A stretch of 31,881 nucleotides of DNA, from contig DAOVET010000024.1 in assembly GCA_030668825.1 (NCBI GenBank), positions 1 through 31,881 of the forward strand, written 5' to 3'. The stretch is from Candidatus Heimdallarchaeota archaeon (lineage in GTDB: Archaea; Asgardarchaeota; Heimdallarchaeia; Heimdallarchaeales; Heimdallarchaeaceae). Under the pieces are notes generated by a model, which saw only the letters and a program-made list of their open reading frames with translations, made no database searches and had not been told where the DNA came from. A program made the position numbers and the translations under genes. Shown in pieces: positions 18,372 to 26,151 of the stretch. Every line of letters starts with the position of its first letter. Position 1 is the first letter of the stretch.

Positions 18372-19235
18372 CTACATCTCCGGTTGTTGTGCATCAATTA
18401 GCACAATAATCACTAATTCTGAAACTGGTATAATTATATAAACCATCACTGCCATTAGCAGATTCGCATTGCCTGCGGAACCGCCTAACATAGACATCAT
18501 CGCCAAAATTACTATGAAGAATATTGGAGCTACTACTCCCATAACCATGAACAATTCAGCCATTATACCTAAGGTATCAATGAAATTCTTCTCACTTTGA
18601 ACTTTATCATTCATTAAAGTTTCAGAGGAAACTTCCAAGTATCGTTGTAACTCTCCTCCTGATGTAAAAGTCCCTACAATTCCTTCCAAAAAGCTTGAGT
18701 ATTTCGCTGAAGGAGATCTAAGAGAAGCTTCTCCAAGAGCATGGACTATATCATAACCAAAAACTTGAATGTCTCTGGATATTTTCCTTGCATCCTTAAC
18801 AATTGCTTCTCCAATCTTTTCTTTAGTGAGTGATAGAAATATTCGGTCTGGAGTAACGCCTGCAGATGCCATAGCTGTCATATAACCCGCTGTAGTTGGT
18901 AAAGCTGCTTCCAATTTTCTTTTTCTATCCCCAACCAAATAACTGGGATATACCCATGTAAAAACAAACATACTAATTAGGACTAAAATTGGTAAAACAA
19001 TCACAAGTATTACTGATAATTCAGCAACAACAATCTTTACTGCTATAAGAACAACAAGAGAAACAATAGAAAGAATAATAGCCCAAAAAATTCTAACACT
19101 GAGATACATTCTCACACTCTTATCTACCCCTGCTTTTCGCAAAGTTAGTTTTAATCCATCAAATTCTGCAAGATATGGTTCTATAAACCTTCCAATATAA
19201 GAATAAGCTATAGATTCTATTATTTTTGAACTCAT
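18372..19235 (-). CDS. Type II secretion system F (TadB/C-like) membrane platform protein
   Basis: LRKAG, LEAALP...YMTAMASAGV, FGYDIVHAL, SPSAKYSSFLEGI..SGGEL; TM helices. Confidence 0.9.
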   Translation of the reverse strand: MSSKIIESIAYSYIGRFIEPYLAEFDGLKLTLRKAGVDKSVRMYLSVRIFWAIILSIVSLVVLIAVKIVVAELSVILVIVLPILVLISMFVFTWVYPSYLVGDRKRKLEAALPTTAGYMTAMASAGVTPDRIFLSLTKEKIGEAIVKDARKISRDIQVFGYDIVHALGEASLRSPSAKYSSFLEGIVGTFTSGGELQRYLEVSSETLMNDKVQSEKNFIDTLGIMAELFMVMGVVAPIFFIVILAMMSMLGGSAGNANLLMAVMVYIIIPVSELVIIVLIDAQQPEM

Positions 19236-19509
19236 TTTGTTAACCTCAAGGCTTTTTGTAATATTTTTGTTCTACTACACTATATTGAATAAGGACTATT
19301 TAACATTTATTCGTATATTGAATCCGTATATATTTCTTTTGAAACTTTTTCTTGTTGCAATTATGAAAAAAACTGACTATTTTTCAGTTTCACAATTTGA
19401 AATAGCCGAAAACATAGAAATCAACTGAAGAAAGATAGAATCTTAACGAATCGCTTGAAACAAACACTAACTATAAAAATGATAACACCTTGTTTTTACT
19501 CGAATCTAA

Positions 19510-20226
19510 ATGACTCTATATATTATACAGTCTACTGGAGAAATGACAGAGTGTACCAATAAAGAAGTCGCTTTAGCTTCTTCAAATGTTCTAGTAGTTA
19601 TATCTCATAATCAGAAGAAAATTTACACATGGATAGGGAGTCAATCTTCTCCTCATTCCAAGTTCGCTTGTGCAAGAGAAACAGCTAGATTAAGAATGGA
19701 ACTAGGATATAAAATCGTTAATTTAGAAGAATCTTCTACCAACAATGATTTCTTAGAAGCTATAGACGAGGCAATAAGTGCGCCCTCTGGAGGATCTGCA
19801 ACAAAACCTAGACCAAAAACAGCTCCTGTAAAAAAGGAAACTCCTAAAGCAAAACCAAAAACAGCTCCAAAAAAAGCTCCTGTAAAAAAGGAAACTCCTA
19901 AAGCAAAGCCAAAAAAAGTTACTCAACCAAAGGAGAAAAAGGAAGCTGAACCTAGAAGGTATGAAGCTAAGGCTGTGAAAACTAAAATAATTGATATAGA
20001 GCATATTTTCAAACAATTACAAGTTCTTCCTCCAATGGAGGATAGTATTCGGGATTATATTCTAGTTGGGGATTCATTATTTATTGCTCCTGAAAATATT
20101 GATCAAAGTGATTCTGAATCAAAAGTACAACTTCCTGATGGATCTTTTGTTGCAGATGATTATGTACCAAGATTGTTTCTAGAAAACGGTAAAATTATTG
20201 CTGTTGAACTTTGGAGACAAACTTAA
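19510..20226 (+). CDS. Gelsolin-like domain + Lys/Pro-rich linker + uncharacterised C-terminal beta domain
   Basis: LASSNVLVV..KKIYTWIGSQSSPHSKF..A...LEE....DFLEAI matches the gelsolin repeat pattern (l.s.d.fil...iyvW.G..s...ek..a...e.e...F). Confidence 0.75.
   Translation: MTLYIIQSTGEMTECTNKEVALASSNVLVVISHNQKKIYTWIGSQSSPHSKFACARETARLRMELGYKIVNLEESSTNNDFLEAIDEAISAPSGGSATKPRPKTAPVKKETPKAKPKTAPKKAPVKKETPKAKPKKVTQPKEKKEAEPRRYEAKAVKTKIIDIEHIFKQLQVLPPMEDSIRDYILVGDSLFIAPENIDQSDSESKVQLPDGSFVADDYVPRLFLENGKIIAVELWRQT
19821..19915 (+). repeat. 41-bp direct repeat (period 54 nt) encoding APVKKETPKAKPK twice
   Basis: 19821-19861 and 19875-19915 match at 40 of 41 positions. Confidence 0.9.
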
Positions 20227-20759
20227 TATCCCTGTTTCTCCATTACTTTCTTTGCAATTATAGTATAAATGTCATTTACTCCTTCTCCAAGTTTAGCTGA
20301 GGATTCTAATACTGTGTAACCTTTTGATGACCATTTCTTATCCAGTTCTTCAAAATCTACAGTTCTTTCTTCCTCTAAATCAGTTTTATTTCCCACGATA
20401 ATAATTGGGATGTTGGGGCATTTTTCCTCAACTTCATTGATCCACTTTTCTATGTGATCATAAGATTCTTTTCTAGTTATGTCAAAAACAACAACAGCTC
20501 CATGAGCTCCAGTATAGTATCGTTTACGAAGTGTAACTAGCTTTTCTTGGCCGACTGTATCAAAGAGTACTAAACGCAATGTTGTATCTTCATCATATGT
20601 AATCATCTTACTATAGAAATCTACTCCTAAAGTAGGGAGATAGGAAGATGTAAAACGGTTTTGAGTATATCGAACTGCTAAACTTGTTTTACCAACCGCA
20701 TAATCCCCTGCATTGATTACCTTTATGATGTAAGTAACATTGGGAGTTAAGGTGGTCAT
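20223..20759 (-). CDS. Rab-like small GTPase (Ras superfamily)
   Basis: G1 GDYAVGKT, G2 PTLGVDF, G3 DTVGQE, YYTGA, VVFDIT, G4 NKTD, G5 SAK. No C-terminal prenylation cysteines. Confidence 0.93.
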   Translation of the reverse strand: MTTLTPNVTYIIKVINAGDYAVGKTSLAVRYTQNRFTSSYLPTLGVDFYSKMITYDEDTTLRLVLFDTVGQEKLVTLRKRYYTGAHGAVVVFDITRKESYDHIEKWINEVEEKCPNIPIIIVGNKTDLEEERTVDFEELDKKWSSKGYTVLESSAKLGEGVNDIYTIIAKKVMEKQGY

Positions 20760-20896
20760 TCAAATAAATTTAGAAAAGCAAACTATATGAGGTTTGTTAA
20801 ATATGTAATTGTCCATAATACATTTTTGGATAATTAATAAGCTTAAGCTACATTGGTAGGTTAACGTTTTTATAGTTTTTAAACAAAAAAAAGAAG

Positions 20897-21607
20897 ATGA
20901 CTGAGGTAGATCTAGATTTCAGTAATCTTACTGTAATCATTCCCACATTAAATGAAGAAAAATCTCTTGGAGAACTTCTAGAATTAATCGAGAAGAATGC
21001 TCCAAATTGCAAAGTAACTGTTGCTGATGATGGATCAATAGATAAAACAAAAGAAATTACAGAAACTTTTGAAGGAAAACTAGAGACATTCTTTCTAGAT
21101 AGAAAGGATGAGGAAGTGCATGGATTAACTGTTAGTGTTTTGGATGCTATTCTATTATGTTCAACAACCTATTTTCTGGTGATGGATGGAGATTTACAAC
21201 ACCCTCCAAAGGTTATTCCAGGTTTCCTTAAACTTCTTCAAGAAGACTATGATTTAGTTGCGGGGAACAGAACCAAGATTATGGGAAGCTGGTCACTGTA
21301 TAGAAAACTAATGTCCATTGTAGCAAGATTACTTGGAAGCTTAGCACTCTTATTTAGACGCAAAAATAGAGTAAAGGATGTGATGACGGGGCTATTTGCA
21401 TCTAGAACACAAATATGGAAAGGATTTCTACATGAAAAGAAAAAGAAGTTCATTTTAGAAGGATATAAAGTGCTCTTTGATTTTTTAAAATCATACCCAT
21501 CAAAATTAAAGGTGGGTCATGTAGACTATACTTTCGGCACAAGACATTCTGGAGAATCAAAAATTACAAAGAAAGTGATATGGCTATACTTTAAATCACT
21601 TTTTTAA
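20897..21607 (+). CDS. GT2 glycosyltransferase, dolichol-phosphate mannose synthase (DPM1)-like
   Basis: IIPTLNE, DDGSIDKT, MDGDLQHPP, DVMTG, GYKVL, FGTRHSGESK. Confidence 0.88.
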   Translation: MTEVDLDFSNLTVIIPTLNEEKSLGELLELIEKNAPNCKVTVADDGSIDKTKEITETFEGKLETFFLDRKDEEVHGLTVSVLDAILLCSTTYFLVMDGDLQHPPKVIPGFLKLLQEDYDLVAGNRTKIMGSWSLYRKLMSIVARLLGSLALLFRRKNRVKDVMTGLFASRTQIWKGFLHEKKKKFILEGYKVLFDFLKSYPSKLKVGHVDYTFGTRHSGESKITKKVIWLYFKSLF

Positions 21608-21611
21608 TATG

Positions 21612-22310
21612 TTACACCCCTGGCAAAAGATCTTTGTGGTCGTAAACTTCTTGCAGAAATTCCTGCATTAATTCAGGATTTTTAATGCCACTGTGTCTTT
21701 CAACACCAGAGGATACATCTACTGCATTGGGTTTTATGGTAGAGATTATTTCCCCGACATTGGCAGTTGTTAGTCTTCCTCCAACAACAAGAGGTTTTGT
21801 TATTGCTTTCTGAATATTAACTATTATTTCAACCAGCTTAGTTTTTTTTTCCTTATTTCCCCAGCTTTGTCCTAATGGGGCGTTAACATTTATGATTTGC
21901 ACATAGGGATCTAGTGTTTGTGCTGCTTTAACTGGATCTGGATCAAGTATGTTTGACTCATATGTCTCTCTATCTAAAAATATCGAGCCAATAATTGGTA
22001 TTGTAGCAGTTGATTGAACCGCAATGAGATTATTAACATCGTTAAAGAAATCTCCATTTACTTGTATTATGTTAGGGTGACAAATATCTAGAGTTTCAAA
22101 AATATCGTCAAGAGAAGAAGGAACAATTTCTGCAATAGTTGTACATTTTTCAATGTTTGTGAATATTCTACGAGCGTCAAATTTACTTACAGACCTGATT
22201 TCATCTATATTGATATCATCAATTATTGCACCTATAGCAAAATAAGATGATACGTCGACTGATGAAGCTGTGTCATTGTTAGTTATACCAGAGATTTTTG
22301 CAATCCACAC
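21612..22310 (-). CDS. TrpF (phosphoribosylanthranilate isomerase)-fold protein, catalytically divergent
   Basis: KISGIT, RSVS, IIQVNG, VVGGRLTTANV, AVDVSSGVE..GIK; GTG start with GAGGA RBS. Cys and Asp catalytic positions appear substituted. Confidence 0.75.
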   Translation of the reverse strand: MWIAKISGITNNDTASSVDVSSYFAIGAIIDDINIDEIRSVSKFDARRIFTNIEKCTTIAEIVPSSLDDIFETLDICHPNIIQVNGDFFNDVNNLIAVQSTATIPIIGSIFLDRETYESNILDPDPVKAAQTLDPYVQIINVNAPLGQSWGNKEKKTKLVEIIVNIQKAITKPLVVGGRLTTANVGEIISTIKPNAVDVSSGVERHSGIKNPELMQEFLQEVYDHKDLLPGV

Positions 22311-22377
22311 TTTCAGTTCCTCAAGTGTGTAATTATGGCTGTGTTTTTAATATTTTCCTCTAAATGAAATAACTAGA

Positions 22378-22427
22378 TGATATCTGGAATTTATCTGTGA
22401 CTTGACCCGTATAATTTCCGGATATTA
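22378..22427. promoter_or_regulatory. Imperfect inverted repeat/hairpin in divergent intergenic region
   Basis: ATATCTGGAATTTAT (22380-22394) pairs with ATAATTTCCGGATAT (22411-22425): 13/15 Watson-Crick plus one G-U, 16-nt loop. Confidence 0.5.
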
Positions 22428-22470
22428 CAACACTACTTAATATATAATCAGTATTTTTCTTTGAGTTAGA

Positions 22471-22797
22471 ATGGGAACTAAGGATACATTTCTCAGCTAC
22501 AAGCTCGAAAAAGCTATTACAAGGATAAAAACTATTAATGGATATACAGATTCTCCACTATTCTTAGAAATCTGCAATTGTCCATCAAAAGCGGGATCTT
22601 TGTTCTACGATACTAAGAAAGTGGTATACTTTGGAAAAGGTTCTTGTAACAAGGGATTACTCTGCTCCAAGATACAGATAGATAAACATCAAGTACTTAT
22701 CAGAAAAACTGTTCCAAGAATACTAGAACTTGTAGAGAACGAGAAACTACTAGAACAAGAGCAATTGATGAATTATTCACCACAAGTCTTATCATAA
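22471..22797 (+). CDS. Hypothetical protein with four Cys (possible metal binding)
   Basis: 108-aa ORF filling the gap, TATA-like TTAATATA upstream; CNC...SC.....C. Confidence 0.65.
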   Translation: MGTKDTFLSYKLEKAITRIKTINGYTDSPLFLEICNCPSKAGSLFYDTKKVVYFGKGSCNKGLLCSKIQIDKHQVLIRKTVPRILELVENEKLLEQEQLMNYSPQVLS

Positions 22798-22889
22798 GAT
22801 TAATCTGTTTTGAATTCTCTATCAACTTTGTTTGAGTTTTTATTATTAACAATCAAGTATTTAAAGTGAGAATTTTAGTGAAATATAAC

Positions 22890-24608
22890 ATGAGCAATGC
22901 TGAAGCTATTATCTACAAAGAAGCCATTGTTAATGCCTATAAATACGGCTCAGCCGAGAAAAAAATTGTTTTAAGAAAAATAATGGCAAATTATCCTGAT
23001 CTCAGAAGCAAGATGAAGGAAATTCAACTACTTTTAGATAAAACCATCGCAGAAGTTAATGAAATTCCCACGGATAGGTTGAGAGAGATTGTAGAAAAGA
23101 AGTATCCAGATAGCATAATAGAAGAGAAAAAAGAGAGAGATTATCTTCCTGAAGTAGTCAATGCTATCAAAGGTGAGGTAACAGTTAGATATCCTCCTGA
23201 ACCATCTAAGCACCCTCATGTGGGACAAATGCTGTCCTTCTGCATTAATCATTTAATAGCTGAAAGATATGAAGGTAAGAGAGTTTTACGTTTCGATGAT
23301 ACTAATCCAGAGAAAGTTCAGACAGAATTCTATGATAGTTTTAGAGAAGTCATTCAATGGATGAATTTGAAAATTGAAGATGAAGTTCTAGCATCTAATC
23401 ATATGGAATTATATTATGAAAAAGCGATAGAATTAATCAAAAAAAATGAAGCGTTTATTTGTACATGCGATAGAGAGACAATGGCAAAATTAAGAACAGA
23501 GGAAAAGCCTTGTTCTTGTAATCTAAACAATTCAACAGAACAAAATCTGGAATTATTCGAGAAAATACTTGAAGGACATTTTAAATCAGGAGAAGCTGTG
23601 GTTAGATTAAGGGGAGACATGTCCTCAAAGAATGCTGTCCTGAGGGATCCTGTATTATTAAGAATATCTAATCACATTCATTGTATTCAAGGAGATAAGT
23701 ATAATCTTTGGCCTATGTATGATTTTGAATCACCAATAATGGAAGATTTTACTGGTGTTACTCATATCTTGCGAAGTATTGAATTTGGTAAAATGAGAGA
23801 AGAACTTCAAAGTTTAATATCAACAAAACTCGGTTTGAAAATACCTAATTTTCTGGAGTATGCAAGATTTAATGTTATCGGGTCACCAACTCAAGGAAGA
23901 ATTATCAGAGATTTAGTTGAACAGAAAATAGTTACAGGATGGGATGATTATAGATTAGTTACATATCAAGCTCTCAAAAGAAGAGGAATTCAACCAGAAA
24001 CCTTCATGGAGATGATAAAAAGATTAGGAGCTACAAAATCGGCTACAAATATAGACTGGTCGTTAATTTCTTCTATCAATCGAAAAATAATCGAACCAAA
24101 TTCAAAGCATTTCTTCTTTGTAGATGACCCAGTAACTATACATCTAACCAACCCAAAACCACAAACAGTAGAAATTCACTTACATCCAAAAAATAAGGAT
24201 TTGGGAACGAGAAAGATATATGTTGAAGATATCCTCTACCTAAGCAGATTGGACTTGAATATTCTGCATATTGATGCTATTGTTAGAATGAAGGATCTTT
24301 ACAACATAAAAATCACAGAAAAAGTGTCAAATTCAGAATTTAAAGCGGAGATTTGTAGTGATGAATTAATGGTTGAAGTTCCACGTGTTCAATGGGTTTC
24401 AGAACCAGTTTCTGTTGAGATTATAAAGCCAGAAATGTTATATTTAAATAACCGTATAAACAAAGATAGCTTGAAACATATCTATGGATATGGGGAAAAA
24501 GAATTGCAAAATCTGAATATTGGTGAGATTATTCAGCTTGAGCGCTTTGGGTATACAAAAGTTAATAAGATAACAGATAAAGTGAAGATGAATTATATTC
24601 ATGGTTGA
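22890..24608 (+). CDS. gltX: Archaeal-type glutamyl-tRNA synthetase (divergent signature motifs)
   Basis: VRYPPEPSKHPHVGQ, LRFDDTNP, CTC..CSC Zn site, RDPVLLR, WPMYDF, VTHILRS, GWDDYRL, RRGI, QLERFGY. Likely ATG 22890. Confidence 0.92.
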   Translation: MSNAEAIIYKEAIVNAYKYGSAEKKIVLRKIMANYPDLRSKMKEIQLLLDKTIAEVNEIPTDRLREIVEKKYPDSIIEEKKERDYLPEVVNAIKGEVTVRYPPEPSKHPHVGQMLSFCINHLIAERYEGKRVLRFDDTNPEKVQTEFYDSFREVIQWMNLKIEDEVLASNHMELYYEKAIELIKKNEAFICTCDRETMAKLRTEEKPCSCNLNNSTEQNLELFEKILEGHFKSGEAVVRLRGDMSSKNAVLRDPVLLRISNHIHCIQGDKYNLWPMYDFESPIMEDFTGVTHILRSIEFGKMREELQSLISTKLGLKIPNFLEYARFNVIGSPTQGRIIRDLVEQKIVTGWDDYRLVTYQALKRRGIQPETFMEMIKRLGATKSATNIDWSLISSINRKIIEPNSKHFFFVDDPVTIHLTNPKPQTVEIHLHPKNKDLGTRKIYVEDILYLSRLDLNILHIDAIVRMKDLYNIKITEKVSNSEFKAEICSDELMVEVPRVQWVSEPVSVEIIKPEMLYLNNRINKDSLKHIYGYGEKELQNLNIGEIIQLERFGYTKVNKITDKVKMNYIHG

Positions 24609-25530
24609 TAAAATGCCTGTCGAAATTGGATTAGTATTATTCTTGGTTTTCATTGCTATTTCATTAATAGTGGCAGCGAGAGCCGCTGTAAAAAGCAAAA
24701 AGAAGAAAAGTGTTCCAAAGAAAAGATATAAGCCATATCAACCTCAAGCACAGCAATCAGGGGTTAGTCCACCTAGTCAACAAGAATATTCCTACTCAGC
24801 TAGACAAAGTACTAATATTGAAGAGATTCCAAAATCTAGAGCTGCGTATGCAAGTGCCGATGAATACTTTAGAGCTGGAATGTATGATAGGGCAAAGGAG
24901 GAATATCTAAAAACAGGTAGAGTTTTTGGAGCTGCAAAATCAATTGCAGCTAAGGGAAGGGAATTTGTTCCAGATTCAATTGAAATTATTTCTAGATATG
25001 CCCCAGAAAGAGAAGAAGAAATGGTTAGAAACCTATCCCGCTATTTTTATGATAGTGGTGAGACTGAGATTTCAGCATATATTCTTTTTGAAAAGGGATT
25101 AGAAGAAGAAGCTGATGCAGTTTTAGCAACTATCGGAAAGTCAGTTAGTGATATAACTCCTAGTGGTGTTGTAGAAGTAAGTACAATAGATCAACCAATT
25201 GTTATTCAGGAAGTTGATGACCAAAGAAGCTTAGAAGAGTTAGAGGAAATCGCTGCAGAAGTGAAGGAAGAGGAAAAAGAAATAGAAGTTGAAGCTAAAC
25301 CTTTTCCCAAGTCAAAACTTCCTGCTACTCAGCCTATGAAAGTTGCAACTTCTGATTTAGATGAAAGATGCAGTGTTTGTATGTCCCCAATTAAAGCAGG
25401 AGAGAGTTTTATTAGATGTCCTTTCTGTGAAATTCCATCACATTATGCTCATATAGTAGAATGGATTAAAGTAAAACCTCAATGCCCAAACTGCAGAAAG
25501 AAACTTGTTTCAAGGATGTTTCAAGCATAG
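24601..25530 (+). CDS. Membrane-anchored protein with helical repeats and C-terminal RING finger (putative E3 ligase)
   Basis: N-terminal TM followed by KKKK; Q/P/S-rich linker; helical repeats; acidic linker; CSVC-x12-CPFC-x4-H-x2-H-IVEW-x6-CPNC. Confidence 0.8.
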   Translation: MVDKMPVEIGLVLFLVFIAISLIVAARAAVKSKKKKSVPKKRYKPYQPQAQQSGVSPPSQQEYSYSARQSTNIEEIPKSRAAYASADEYFRAGMYDRAKEEYLKTGRVFGAAKSIAAKGREFVPDSIEIISRYAPEREEEMVRNLSRYFYDSGETEISAYILFEKGLEEEADAVLATIGKSVSDITPSGVVEVSTIDQPIVIQEVDDQRSLEELEEIAAEVKEEEKEIEVEAKPFPKSKLPATQPMKVATSDLDERCSVCMSPIKAGESFIRCPFCEIPSHYAHIVEWIKVKPQCPNCRKKLVSRMFQA

Positions 25531-25565
25531 TAAAAGGTTAAAAATGAGACAAAGAATTAAGAGAT

Positions 25566-26051
25566 ATGGTATTTCTACCTCCTTTTTCAGATACAATTAT
25601 CAAAGAGTATATTGATTCCAATACTCAATCCCAAATTGCAGGTTTTGATTTATCCATCAAAGAACTAATAGAATTACAAGATGGAGGAATAGTCGACTTT
25701 GATAATACAAAACGAAATATTCCAGAACATAAGACTATCCCACCAGTTGATGGAAAATGGGAAATTAAACCAGGTGGATATCTTGTTAAGTATAATGAAG
25801 TAGTAGAAGTACCACTTAATGCAATTGGAATGGTTCTACCTAGATCAAGTCTAATGAGATGTGGAGCTACAGTATGTTCAGCTGTATGGGACCCAGGATA
25901 TAAAGGAAGAGGAGTAGGATTATTTCTTGTATATGCTAATATAACACTCCATCAAAATGCAAGGATTGCACAAATAATTTTTTTTGAGACTAAAGCAAAG
26001 ACAACAAAAGGGTACTCTGGAAAGTATCAAAATGAGAATATCAAAGACTAA
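25566..26051 (+). CDS. dut: Archaeal dUTPase (dUTPase/dCTP deaminase family)
   Basis: AGFDL, PRSSLMRCG, VWDPGYKGRG, RIAQIIF, GYSGKYQ. Confidence 0.85.
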   Translation: MVFLPPFSDTIIKEYIDSNTQSQIAGFDLSIKELIELQDGGIVDFDNTKRNIPEHKTIPPVDGKWEIKPGGYLVKYNEVVEVPLNAIGMVLPRSSLMRCGATVCSAVWDPGYKGRGVGLFLVYANITLHQNARIAQIIFFETKAKTTKGYSGKYQNENIKD

Positions 26052-26124
26052 GAGATTTTAGTTCAAATGTCCATTAAGTTTATGAATCATTTTTGTCATG
26101 GAGTCATAATATCTTTTTTCTGAG

Positions 26125-26132
26125 TTTATATA
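26125..26132 (+). promoter_or_regulatory. TATA box for tnpB
   Basis: TTTATATA about 20 nt before ATG 26152, the usual leaderless spacing. Confidence 0.5.
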
Positions 26133-26151
26133 AGCAAAGCTAGATAAACTA

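Noticed and set aside
10976-19235. Archaellum (arl/fla) operon
   Set aside because: No archaellin-type N-terminus, no ArlH KaiC-like ATPase or ArlF/G, and two separate single-domain T2SS-F genes.
19281-19323. Direct repeat TATATTGAAT twice (19281, 19314)
   Set aside because: A 10-bp AT-rich match; it could be an operator but cannot be told from chance.
19237-19428. 63-aa ORF in the tadB/gelsolin intergenic region
   Set aside because: TTG start abutting a divergent gene start and an F/L/I composition typical of AT-rich non-coding DNA; more likely promoter sequence.
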